From the IMG/VR virus record IMGVR_UViG_3300032212_000001: a stretch of DNA of 64,000 bases; one strand, written 5' to 3'. Positions 27,896-36,918 of the stretch are shown here, in pieces; the stretch's first letter is position 1; each line of letters starts with the position of its first letter. Below the pieces are notes generated by a model, which made no database searches, was not told the DNA's origin, and saw only the letters and a program-made list of their open reading frames with translations. The position numbers and the translations under genes were made by a program. Origin of the DNA: an uncultured virus (IMG/VR IMGVR_UViG_3300032212_000001) (taxonomy: Duplodnaviria; Heunggongvirae; Uroviricota; Caudoviricetes).

Positions 27896-29533
27896 CTAAT
27901 CGTTGAGAGTCGTCAACAACTCAACGACTGTTCTGTCGCCCTTGACGGTAACGCTCCCTGTCTGATCTTTGTTTATAATCATCTCGCCCTTGGCCCCGCT
28001 TGGGGCATAAGGCCCGTCACCAAGCTTCTCTTTGATCCACTCGACGGCACCCGATTCGGTCTTGCAAACCTTCTGCAAAACCTTCGATTTAGGATTCGAG
28101 ATGTCTTTGTACCGGAGCCTGATATTCTCGGCCCCTTCAACCTCTCCCGTATCGGGCTCTTCGTAGAGCCCTTGGTCGGCCAAAGTCTTAGCAAGTGAAG
28201 GGAATCGCTGAACAAGCGTCTCAACGGAAACGTCTCCGCAGAACCAAAGGATCATGTCCCTGGCTTGATCGGAATCACCAGCCTTCAGATTGTTCGCCAC
28301 TTTCCGAAGATCGGCCACCTTCGGAGCTTTGAACTTTGACTTCTTCTTATTGACTGCTCGCGGCTTCCAAGAGCCGTCCTTGCGACCCTCGGCGATCTTT
28401 TCCGCGAAAGCCACTCTCGCGGATTCCGTCTTCTTCTCTTTTCGGACGGTATGAAGATCGCTGACAGTGATCTCCCCCTCCAGGCAAAGACCAAGGACCG
28501 GCTTAGGGACTTCGAGAAGAGCCAAGCGGTTCTTCACGGTCTTAACAGTGCAATTGTGCTCGCGAGCGACCTCTTCGATCTCGATGCCCTTATCAAGACC
28601 GATCTTCATATTGAAGGCTTCTTCAAATTGGCTATCACCGGAGCGATAGCTATTCGCGACTCGACTTCTTCGCCAGAAAGTGCTGTTCTCGTCGATCTTG
28701 ACTTCGCGAGCCTTGACGCGGTTGAGACCCTCATAACATTCTTTGGCATCATTCGCCGCCAACTCTCTCAGCTTCTTGAGTAAGCCAGGGCCTCTCTCAA
28801 GCTCAACGCCAAGGAAAGCCTCGAACTTGCGACAGATATACTCGCGACCGTTTATGATCCTCTGGCGACCTTCCGTGACGTATTTCCCAGCCGCCCATGC
28901 TCCTTTCTTAGCCTCAAGCTCGACATAGTCAATCGGATACAGAACCTCGTCCACATCAATCGAATCGACAATATCGTCCTTCGGCTGTCTCATCGCTCTC
29001 GGATCGAACGTGGGATTATTCACGTCCGTCGATACCTCGAAAGCCAGCATCCCATATAAAAAGTATTCGGTCACAGGAACAGCAGGAATAGGCTTGTATC
29101 CTGCCTTCTCTGCTTTCTTGACAGGCTTGGCCTTCTCTGCTTTCTTGGCGGGCTTGGCCTTCTCTGCTTTCTTGGCGGGCTTGGCCTTCTCTGCTTTCTT
29201 GGCGGGCACTTCCACTGACTTGGAAGTATTCTCTACCTCAATAGTTTCAGGGCCTTTGTCAACGTCGATGTGAACTCTTCCCTGAAAGATTTTCCCGTCT
29301 TTGCTTACCTTTACAGATGTGACACGTCGATTGCCCACACCGGCCTTCTTACGAAGAAGACTGACAGCTTTCTTCTTGTTCGGATCTTGGCTGTGAACGT
29401 TCTTCCAAGTCTTCTTGTCTGGAGCTTTTGTAGACATATCTTTCTCCTCCCCAGAATCTAATTCCGGGGATTCATCATCTAAAACAATTTGGGCGGATTG
29501 AGTATTCTTACGAATACGTGGTGATGGTGCCAT
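27896..29533 (-). CDS. ParB-family protein with histone-H1-like PAKKAEKAK repeats
   Basis: FDPR...SI...VLYPI...EGRQR; HTH EEVAREHNCTVKTVKNRLALL.VP; start ATG 29533 after GACAAGGAG. Confidence 0.7.
   Translation of the reverse strand: MAPSPRIRKNTQSAQIVLDDESPELDSGEEKDMSTKAPDKKTWKNVHSQDPNKKKAVSLLRKKAGVGNRRVTSVKVSKDGKIFQGRVHIDVDKGPETIEVENTSKSVEVPAKKAEKAKPAKKAEKAKPAKKAEKAKPVKKAEKAGYKPIPAVPVTEYFLYGMLAFEVSTDVNNPTFDPRAMRQPKDDIVDSIDVDEVLYPIDYVELEAKKGAWAAGKYVTEGRQRIINGREYICRKFEAFLGVELERGPGLLKKLRELAANDAKECYEGLNRVKAREVKIDENSTFWRRSRVANSYRSGDSQFEEAFNMKIGLDKGIEIEEVAREHNCTVKTVKNRLALLEVPKPVLGLCLEGEITVSDLHTVRKEKKTESARVAFAEKIAEGRKDGSWKPRAVNKKKSKFKAPKVADLRKVANNLKAGDSDQARDMILWFCGDVSVETLVQRFPSLAKTLADQGLYEEPDTGEVEGAENIRLRYKDISNPKSKVLQKVCKTESGAVEWIKEKLGDGPYAPSGAKGEMIINKDQTGSVTVKGDRTVVELLTTLND
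29103..29207 (-). repeat. about 4 x 27-bp tandem repeat encoding PAKKAEKAK
   Basis: gccttctctgctttcttggcgggcttg repeated. Confidence 0.9.
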
Positions 29534-29572
29534 GGCTTGCTCCTTGTCATTCAAGCGGGTCGGCTGTCGTAT

Positions 29573-29660
29573 GCGGAAAACGCTTTCCGCTTCCTTCGTT
29601 ATACGTTTGGTATAAAAAAAGTGTCAAGAGGAAATTCAATCCAACTTGACACTTTTTTTT
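29573..29660 (-). promoter_or_regulatory. ParB promoter region: TTGACA-18-TATAAC, TATAC-type operator variant, GCGGAAAACGCTTTCCGC palindrome, upstream terminator hairpin
   Basis: read directly; aaaaaaagtgtcaag...cttgacactttttttt inverted repeat. Confidence 0.65.
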
Positions 29661-29685
29661 ACACCGATTGTCGAGATTGGCTATT

Positions 29686-30015
29686 TTACTCGACCGAAGA
29701 GATATTTGAGACGATTTCAAGAATCTGGCTGGCGTCACTTTCCAATACGGCCCGATCAAAATCGGGGAACTCATCAACCAATCCGGTCAACAAAAGAGTT
29801 TGACCATTGACCGCGAAGAACTCAACCGGCGTTTCATCAGTTAGGGCTGAATCAACAGCAAGATGCTCCTTGCCAGGGTAGGGCTGTCCGTCGTCAAGCC
29901 AGCCAGGAGTAAATTGTCGCACTGCGCCGAGAGTCGTCTTATAGACCGGCTCAAGGGTCTCGTAGGAAAGGACTTGCATTGACATTTCTTCCATGGTTTC
30001 CATTTTCTTTTTCAC
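29686..30015 (-). CDS. hypothetical protein
   Basis: GAGGTG RBS. Confidence 0.55.
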   Translation of the reverse strand: MKKKMETMEEMSMQVLSYETLEPVYKTTLGAVRQFTPGWLDDGQPYPGKEHLAVDSALTDETPVEFFAVNGQTLLLTGLVDEFPDFDRAVLESDASQILEIVSNISSVE

Positions 30016-30092
30016 CTCTAAGTTAAGTGTTTATGGGAACTGTTATCCTGTTTCCTCTTATCGGCAAGCGAATGACATGCCTTTAATCTTTC

Positions 30093-30416
30093 TCAAGTTT
30101 TTTCTTGGAAAGCGTTTTCCGAATCCTCCACTTCAATCAAATCAGGGCTCACGAACTCAACAGTGACCCACGTTTCTATCGTGAACTCATATTCGCACTC
30201 AACACATTCGATCTCATGCTTGCCCTCTTCTCGGATCTCTGGGTGATCCCAATCTTCTCCAACATAATCCCAGATATGACGACACTTAGGGCACCTGACA
30301 TGTCTTTTATGACTTGCTTCCGACTTCTGAGACTCTAAACGTCTGCAAGCACCACATGGATTCGTATCCAGCGCTGTCACATAGGAATCACAACGAAAGC
30401 ATTTATCCAAGGCCAT
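30093..30416 (-). CDS. Zn-ribbon protein
   Basis: CxxC pairs; GGAGGTG RBS. Confidence 0.65.
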   Translation of the reverse strand: MALDKCFRCDSYVTALDTNPCGACRRLESQKSEASHKRHVRCPKCRHIWDYVGEDWDHPEIREEGKHEIECVECEYEFTIETWVTVEFVSPDLIEVEDSENAFQEKT

Positions 30417-30450
30417 TCTTCACCTCCATGAAATTGGTAATGGAAAGATG

Positions 30451-30475
30451 GATTCTATACCATTGGTATAGAATC
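30451..30475. promoter_or_regulatory. 25-bp palindrome GATTCTATACCATTGGTATAGAATC (operator over leftward promoter TTGATG-18-TAGAAT)
   Basis: perfect dyad around the central base. Confidence 0.7.
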
Positions 30476-30512
30476 CATCAAGGCAAAAAGAAATGATAAG
30501 GAATAGCGATTT

Positions 30513-30830
30513 TCAAACTAAGCTTTGCCAAGCTCTAGAGATGTTGTCAACCGCACCTCTGAGACTGTCACGGTCACGACTTAACTCGTCAATACTATCT
30601 TTCAGTTGACGGCACTCGTCCTTTAGACGCTTGTTTTCAAGTTCTCTAAGGTCATCACGGCGATTGAGCCTGATGAACTCAGGATCGTTCGCATGAAAGT
30701 CTGCGGTGGTCCTGAACCTCTTGCTATTCTCCAGGCACCATAGCCAATAAAGGAAGCAGTTTAGTAGAAGCGATAACGAAAAAACGACAGCCAGAGAGGC
30801 GATGATAACTCCTAGTATTGCTTCTTCCAT
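30513..30830 (-). CDS. N-terminal TM plus coiled-coil protein
   Basis: hydrophobic N-terminus, heptads, AGGAG RBS. Confidence 0.6.
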   Translation of the reverse strand: MEEAILGVIIASLAVVFSLSLLLNCFLYWLWCLENSKRFRTTADFHANDPEFIRLNRRDDLRELENKRLKDECRQLKDSIDELSRDRDSLRGAVDNISRAWQSLV

Positions 30831-30840
30831 GACTTTGCTC

Positions 30841-31293
30841 CTATGTTGACCAAACCTCGACTACAAAAACCGGAACCTTCTGACCCTTGATTGATTGCCA
30901 GTCATATTCCTCATGGACATGAGCGATGTCGTCGTCGTAAAGGAATGGCAATTGACCGGGCACCTTCATCTTACCCAGACCTTTCACATTACGCACAACA
31001 CTAACTAAGAGCTTGTCTGTGATGAGCTTATTAAAAGACCCTATGGCGTTTGAGAAATCTCGTGGCCTGGAAGAGCGACAGCGAAAAACAACAACACGTT
31101 TCTCACCCTTACTTGGCTTCGCCGGATGCTTACACATCGCTTCAACAACAAGCTTAGACTCCCATTCTTTGCCAAGCCTATGACGAGCCTTGTGATTCAT
31201 TCTGAGATAAGCATTGAGCCCAGGGGGAATATTGTCGAACTCCAATCGAATCAATAGATTCTTTTTCTCAATCACCTTCTTTCTCCCAACCAT
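30841..31293 (-). CDS. RusA-like Holliday junction resolvase
   Basis: PPGLNAY, RD.SN...K...D.L, DDD..HV. Confidence 0.5.
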   Translation of the reverse strand: MVGRKKVIEKKNLLIRLEFDNIPPGLNAYLRMNHKARHRLGKEWESKLVVEAMCKHPAKPSKGEKRVVVFRCRSSRPRDFSNAIGSFNKLITDKLLVSVVRNVKGLGKMKVPGQLPFLYDDDIAHVHEEYDWQSIKGQKVPVFVVEVWST

Positions 31294-31462
31294 TTTTTCC
31301 TAATGACCAGCCGTTCGCTAACAAAACCCTTTCTGCCTTCTTCTTCGCTTTCAACCAAGGGCATGGTCCGACAGGATGGCCCATCTCATTCTCACCGAAA
31401 CAGGCACGGCACTCTCCCGTTCTCATAAGAGAAACAAGAACGGCAAGATAATCATCAGTCAT
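31268..31462 (-). CDS. hypothetical protein
   Basis: operon packing. Confidence 0.45.
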   Translation of the reverse strand: MTDDYLAVLVSLMRTGECRACFGENEMGHPVGPCPWLKAKKKAERVLLANGWSLGKNGWEKEGD

Positions 31463-31739
31463 AGAGGGTCTCCAAAGAATGAGACTTTTTATCCCAAGCC
31501 CACTTCATTCGTTCGCGTCGAGAATCAAGAAAAGCGAAGACGAACTTTGCCGTCCGAGGCGACAAAGCGTCTTCTATTTCATTGACTTCCTTTTTACCGT
31601 AAATCGCCGCAATAAAGCCTTGAGTCTTTCGAGCTTTTCTTATAGGAGTTTTCCCATCAAACTCTTCTGGGAATCGGCCTCCAAATGGATCATTCGGCTG
31701 CAAGATGTAGCTGGCCGATATGACACGCTCGACATTCAC
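31455..31739 (-). CDS. hypothetical protein
   Basis: operon packing. Confidence 0.5.
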   Translation of the reverse strand: MNVERVISASYILQPNDPFGGRFPEEFDGKTPIRKARKTQGFIAAIYGKKEVNEIEDALSPRTAKFVFAFLDSRRERMKWAWDKKSHSLETLYD

Positions 31740-31750
31740 TTTCTTAGGCT

Positions 31751-32662
31751 TTACTTTCTTGTTTTCCTTCGGCTTTTTGACTTCGACGCTGGCGCTGATT
31801 TTTTTTTTGAAGAAGTTGATTTCTCAGGGGCCTTCTTTGCAGCCTTTGCCTTCTTCTCATCTACCAAAGCCGCCATACTCTTGATATTCTTCATCCAGTC
31901 AACCAAGGCGTTCACTGAGACTTCAATGGGAATCTTCTTGTTCTCGAATCCAGCGGCGACAAACAACTCCAGTCCGTCAGCCTGGACTGCATATTTGTTC
32001 TGGCAAGCCCAAACCCATGCATCTTCCTCAATAGCTTGACGCAGTAAATCATCAACTAGAGCAGTCCCTCGCGGATCTGTTGAAGTATAAGCTTTATGCA
32101 AGTCTCTCTTTGTTTCACTTTTAAGCCAGGGGTATTCCGGCTTCTTCTCCTCTCTTCCGTGACTCCCATCTTGTTTATCGGTTTTTGATTCTCTCTTCTT
32201 ACTGGACTTAGGAGAATCAGCTTTGCTCCTGACTGGCAAAGCTGGCTTTTTCTCTGGAAAACGTTTTCTACCGCTCACTCCAACAAGACTCAAAGCGGCC
32301 TCTAAAAAGGCTTTCCTCTCAGCCTCTTCCATCGAACCATCAATGGAAGCCTCTGGGCTCACACCCCTTTTCGTATTGCTGCTTGAGGCACTTCGCCAAC
32401 AAAGAACGTCCCCTGTCGGATGTATCTCCAGCTTCACGCGAGCATAAGAGACAGATACGTAACAATCTGACTTCTTGTCATATTCAGGGGCCTGAAGTAT
32501 CGCACTTTCCACGATTGTCTCAGACCAACCGAATGGGCCGAAGAGATCATTCAACTTAGGAACTATGTCAACCTTGGGATCACCCAGATTGGAATCTCTT
32601 AGCCTCTTTTCGTAGAAGTCGTAAAGGGGCTTATTCATATGTTCAAAAACTAATTCTGACAT
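31751..32662 (-). CDS. Rad52/Sak-like single-strand annealing protein
   Basis: KLNDLFGPFGWS...ARVKLEI...EAERKAF..AA; GACAAGGAGA RBS. Confidence 0.55.
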   Translation of the reverse strand: MSELVFEHMNKPLYDFYEKRLRDSNLGDPKVDIVPKLNDLFGPFGWSETIVESAILQAPEYDKKSDCYVSVSYARVKLEIHPTGDVLCWRSASSSNTKRGVSPEASIDGSMEEAERKAFLEAALSLVGVSGRKRFPEKKPALPVRSKADSPKSSKKRESKTDKQDGSHGREEKKPEYPWLKSETKRDLHKAYTSTDPRGTALVDDLLRQAIEEDAWVWACQNKYAVQADGLELFVAAGFENKKIPIEVSVNALVDWMKNIKSMAALVDEKKAKAAKKAPEKSTSSKKKSAPASKSKSRRKTRK

Positions 32663-32683
32663 TCGGGATTCTCTCCTTGTCAC

Positions 32684-34300
32684 CTAGAGATCAATGGACT
32701 TGAGCACACGCTCTTTACGTCTCAGTATTGAATGAATAATACGGTCAATTGGATGGTTCGCGATAACGTCTTCGATGGTTACTCTTCGCTTTTGGCCGCG
32801 CCTGTGTACGCGGTCACAGATTTGGCTATTAATAGACGGCGAAAATGTCAGATCCACCCGAATCAGATGAGAACATGTTTCTTGCAAGTTTATTCCAACA
32901 GCGCCAGCCGTTGTCATTGCAACACCCTTAAGAAGACCCTTGTTGAAATCGTTCATTATTCTGTTACGACGACTCGCCGAAACACCCCCAACAATTTTCC
33001 CCCAGCCAGGGCGATCTCCAAATCCACTTGTTATTTCTTCGTGGTAACAGAAGACGACAAGAGGCTCTCTACGGTCCTCGAACTCTTGAATACGCTCCAA
33101 AACATAAGGAGCCTTGGCAATTGCGATAAGGCGTCTGATTCTTTGTAAATGCTCTTCTCTATCACCGTCTCTCTTTGCTCCAATAGACTTCTCAATGACT
33201 TTTCGGATACCGTCTTCGCCACCAAAAACAGCCATCGCTTTCGAGCACTTCTGGCGTAACTCGTTGTCCTTAAGACTCACGAAGAACTCTGTAAATCGCT
33301 TCGGTGGCAAACCAGGGACCAAGTTCTTCATTCTCCTCAGTCGAACATGGGAAAAAGCTTCCTTCGTCTCAGGATATCCCTCAACAGCTTCTCCCCCCTT
33401 CCCGAAACGGAAAAATGTTTCCTCAAATGTTGCCGCTGGACCGAAGATCTTATTGTATCCGCCAAGACGCATGACTTGATAGAGATCTCTGGGCTTGTTC
33501 ATTAAAGGTGTCCCAGTAAGAACCCAAACAGCCTGACAAAGAGCCCTCAAAGCTCTGATATTCTTAGATATGTCCGTTGTTGGAGTTTTTGCCACCTGGG
33601 CCTCGTCCATAACACAGTGGACAGGATTGGGAGGGGGATCTTGAGTTCCCTTTTCGGGGAGAGAGTGCCATTTAGCAATAATGACTTCACCAATGCGCGG
33701 CCAACGGAAGTTTTTCCTGTCAACAGCTTCGACATGATAGAAGTCAGGTCTCCATTTCTTTGTCTCCGCAACCCAGTTCAACTGAACAGACTTCGGGCAA
33801 ATAACAAGAACGCCGCATTTGGAGGGTTCCCCCAATGCCATAAGGACTTGGACCGTCTTGCCAAGGCCCATGTCATCGAAAAGGAGCCTGTTTTGAGACT
33901 CTACGAGGTAATTAACCCCCTCAACCTGATGAGGGTCTAGGGAAAGAGGGACGCCTTGATGTCTTTGGAATCTTAGCCGATTTATCCGAGTCCTTAACTC
34001 AGCCTTTGAAGGAAGGAAAGAGGCAGGGGCAAAAGGGCCAAACCTGCGATGCTTCCAATCCTTTGCTTTCTTCACAGCTTCCCTTCGAGAATACTGTCTA
34101 TCTAGGACAACCTTCTCTTTCGTACTGCGCTTCCTGGGTCTTTGCTTTTTTGGCGAAGAAAGAGACTCTTTCGGCTTCGAGTTCACGAAGACCAAACCGC
34201 CAAATCCAGCGGCGGAACTAGCTCGACGCTTCTCTCCTCCGATTCTGGAGGGAGAATTGGGCCTTTTCTTACGAAATCGGATGTCTCTGTTTTCAGCCAT
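32684..34300 (-). CDS. SNF2-family (HARP-like) helicase/ATPase
   Basis: DDMGLGKT, DEAQ, LTGTP, GINLQ, Q..DRVHRRGQ. Confidence 0.9.
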   Translation of the reverse strand: MAENRDIRFRKKRPNSPSRIGGEKRRASSAAGFGGLVFVNSKPKESLSSPKKQRPRKRSTKEKVVLDRQYSRREAVKKAKDWKHRRFGPFAPASFLPSKAELRTRINRLRFQRHQGVPLSLDPHQVEGVNYLVESQNRLLFDDMGLGKTVQVLMALGEPSKCGVLVICPKSVQLNWVAETKKWRPDFYHVEAVDRKNFRWPRIGEVIIAKWHSLPEKGTQDPPPNPVHCVMDEAQVAKTPTTDISKNIRALRALCQAVWVLTGTPLMNKPRDLYQVMRLGGYNKIFGPAATFEETFFRFGKGGEAVEGYPETKEAFSHVRLRRMKNLVPGLPPKRFTEFFVSLKDNELRQKCSKAMAVFGGEDGIRKVIEKSIGAKRDGDREEHLQRIRRLIAIAKAPYVLERIQEFEDRREPLVVFCYHEEITSGFGDRPGWGKIVGGVSASRRNRIMNDFNKGLLKGVAMTTAGAVGINLQETCSHLIRVDLTFSPSINSQICDRVHRRGQKRRVTIEDVIANHPIDRIIHSILRRKERVLKSIDL

Positions 34301-34448
34301 ACCAAACGCTTTAACGTGCTATATAACTCATGGGATTACCATCAAGGTCGATTACTGTGCTTGCATATTCTACGATACGAATGGTATAAATTCCATCCCT
34401 TTGCGTCAAATCGCTTTTTGTATCTTTGAGTTTCGAGAGTGTACATAA

Positions 34449-34482
34449 GTGAAGGGCACGTCGATTAGACAATGCCCTTCAC
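34449..34482. other. hairpin in the divergent SNF2/primase intergenic region
   Basis: gtgaagggca...tgcccttcac. Confidence 0.55.
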
Positions 34483-34655
34483 CGGATAACTCAAGCTCAA
34501 AACAACTCAAAGTTTGACAAGGAGAGAGGAAGAGAGCAGGGAGAGTTAATCCACTGGGAATATCTTATTGAATTAACCTCTCTCGTCAACCCAAAACGTG
34601 AGGGAATATTTTGTGTGGGGACACGAATTTAGTTTTTAAGCTTTGGAGCAAACCT

Positions 34656-36452
34656 ATGAATATGCCGTTTTCGGAGAAAGTTCTTACCGCTGCTATATCC
34701 TATGCGACTGAACTTGGCTGGAGAATAACACCTCTTAGAAACAAAGGAAAAGTTCCGTATCAATCCAAGTGGCAAGAGAAAGCAACAACCAACCCTGAAG
34801 AAATAAAAGAATGGATCGGTGGCAAAGAAAACAACATTGGCATCGCAACTGGAGAAGAAAGCGGAATCATCGTCCTCGACGTTGATGTCAAAAGCGGTGG
34901 CCTTGATACTCTCAAGCAGTGGATCGACAAACATGGACTGCTACCCGAGGTTCCTGTTCAGCAAACAGGGTCATCTTGTCCGAAAACCCAAGCTCGTGGT
35001 CGGCACTACTTCTTTAAGTATCCCACCGACGAAAAGGGAAAGCCCTTAGAAATCGGCAACAAGGCCAATATTGACCCAGGCGAAGGTATCAAGGTTAAGA
35101 ATGGTCAGTCTGGGATAGATATAAGGGCCAATGGGGGCCAAGTTGTCGCGGCTCCCTCTATACACCCAAGCGGAACAGCCTATGAATGGGTTCTTGAACG
35201 GAGCCCCTTCGAGGTAGAACCTTTAGACATGCCGAAGTGGCTTCTTGATCTCATCGTCGATAAGAAGCCCTACAAGAGCAAGTTTCGCAACACAACAAAA
35301 GTTGTTGACTCTGGATCGCTAATCGACCTCATGGACCCCGTTGGCGAAGGTGGACGCAACGAGGCTCTTTTCAAATTCGCAAGTAAACTCCGAGGGCAAA
35401 AGGGGCTTGGAGAAAGCGATATTCTTTACTTCATCAAAAGGGCCAATTCGGAGCGATGCAGTCCACCAATACCAGAGAGGGAAATACAAACAATCGTTGC
35501 AAGCGTTTGCGGTCGATATTCACCCAAAGAACGCTTGAAGAAATACAGAAACAAGCCAAGATCGAAGCCAGCTCCTAAAAAGGAAGAAGAACCCTGGGGC
35601 GACAACATGGTTTCCGACAACGGGACTCAACCACCTGAAAAAGTTGAGATTCATAGGTTTATGCGCGACGACGATGAACGCTATCGAATCTACGATCTTA
35701 TTTTAGCTTGGCTCGACGGCGTTGGACCGGAAACTCCAAAGCTTGTCTGGCGTGATGGTCCTCAAGCATACTCCGAGACCTTCAAGCGTTATATGAAGGC
35801 TCCCGAGATACTTAAATATCACCAGCCTGATATTCTTTGCTGGCTAGCAGAGAAGTCCTACGAGTGCATTTGCGACCCCGCCGAGGTCAAAAAGAAAGTC
35901 ACTCCGGTAGGCAAGGCAACAAAGCTATGGAAGCACTGGAGCCAAACATGCTTCCTAAAGCACCTCTCTCGAATCCCTGATAAGTCTTTGGTCAACGGAG
36001 TTGCAGACAGTGAGAAACAAAAGCTCGCTTCTTCGATCTATGCTGTCCTGTCGAAATCTATCCGCGTAAACGACAATACAGACCAAATTCCTGTAAACAC
36101 CACAGTCCTACAGCAAGCAGACGATTCAACGGCTCCAGGGTGGAAGAGGGTTGGAAAATATGGCGCATACGTGCGAAATCCTAAGAAAACGTTTGATGCT
36201 TCGATAGGACTTCGCTACGATTTCGTGGTACAGGTCGGTGCGACGTGGCTAGGTGAACTTCCCAGGAAGAGACTCAGCCGACTGCTAAGAGAAAACTCGA
36301 TAGCAACGACCGGCGTTATCAAAGACGCCAGAAGATCCGTACGCTGTCTAATGATCGACTCAAATTGGTTGAATGAATACCATGGGTATCTTGCCCAGCA
36401 AGAAGAAGACCAGTCAGTCGAATCGTCGGAAGAAAAAAGCGCCTCTCAATGA
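34656..36452 (+). CDS. bifunctional primase-polymerase (Prim-Pol) with PriCT domain
   Basis: K.PY..KWQ..AT, NIGIATG..SGI.VLDVD, GRHYFF, GIDIR..GG.VVAAPSIH; GEGGRN..LF...CSPP. Confidence 0.9.
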   Translation: MNMPFSEKVLTAAISYATELGWRITPLRNKGKVPYQSKWQEKATTNPEEIKEWIGGKENNIGIATGEESGIIVLDVDVKSGGLDTLKQWIDKHGLLPEVPVQQTGSSCPKTQARGRHYFFKYPTDEKGKPLEIGNKANIDPGEGIKVKNGQSGIDIRANGGQVVAAPSIHPSGTAYEWVLERSPFEVEPLDMPKWLLDLIVDKKPYKSKFRNTTKVVDSGSLIDLMDPVGEGGRNEALFKFASKLRGQKGLGESDILYFIKRANSERCSPPIPEREIQTIVASVCGRYSPKERLKKYRNKPRSKPAPKKEEEPWGDNMVSDNGTQPPEKVEIHRFMRDDDERYRIYDLILAWLDGVGPETPKLVWRDGPQAYSETFKRYMKAPEILKYHQPDILCWLAEKSYECICDPAEVKKKVTPVGKATKLWKHWSQTCFLKHLSRIPDKSLVNGVADSEKQKLASSIYAVLSKSIRVNDNTDQIPVNTTVLQQADDSTAPGWKRVGKYGAYVRNPKKTFDASIGLRYDFVVQVGATWLGELPRKRLSRLLRENSIATTGVIKDARRSVRCLMIDSNWLNEYHGYLAQQEEDQSVESSEEKSASQ

Positions 36453-36454
36453 TT

Positions 36455-36880
36455 GGTTTCGATTACCGCTTTCCGGTTACGATTCCAGCGCTTGAAATCG
36501 TAACCGGCAAATCCTTTAACACCAGTATGTTACGAAGAATGGTTACAATTCCTGTTTTGGAATCGTGCCAAGCTCTATCCCTTTGTTTTTGCGGCTTTCT
36601 AGCTGAAAAAAGCCATTGGGTTACGATAATGCGCGTATATGTGAGTTTTTATTCTTCATCGACTTATTTTCAGGGTTTATTTTCAAAAAATAGCAAAAAT
36701 AACGTGCGCGTATAAATCGTGCCATCGTAACCATTCTACACATGTGTATGTGATTAAAGGACTTACAGGTTACGATTTTGATTTCGGAATCGTAACTAGA
36801 CCGGGGATTCAAAGGCCAAACTGGCTACAAACCAATTAAAACAAAGACCGGCACTGGTTACGATTCTAATTGTAACCAGT
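36455..36880. other. putative replication origin: GGTTACGAT iterons in both orientations flanking an AT-rich core
   Basis: copies at 36475, 36497(rc), 36541, 36619, 36724(rc), 36768, 36789(rc), 36856, 36869(rc); directly downstream of primase. Confidence 0.7.
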
Positions 36881-36918
36881 TTTTAGCTACAAACCTAACA
36901 TGGCAGTGGGGACTTTCC

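Noticed and set aside
33409..36197. Weak matches to the 14-bp palindrome at about 33409 and 36184 (also 6126, 23460, 27332, 49086, 58607)
   Set aside because: Three or more mismatches, an indel, or half-sites only; not counted.
36449..36812. ORFs 36449-36715 (+) and 36621-36812 (-) as paralogous genes
   Set aside because: Their similar translations (IVT.KSFN...RMVT) arise from the inverted iteron repeat.
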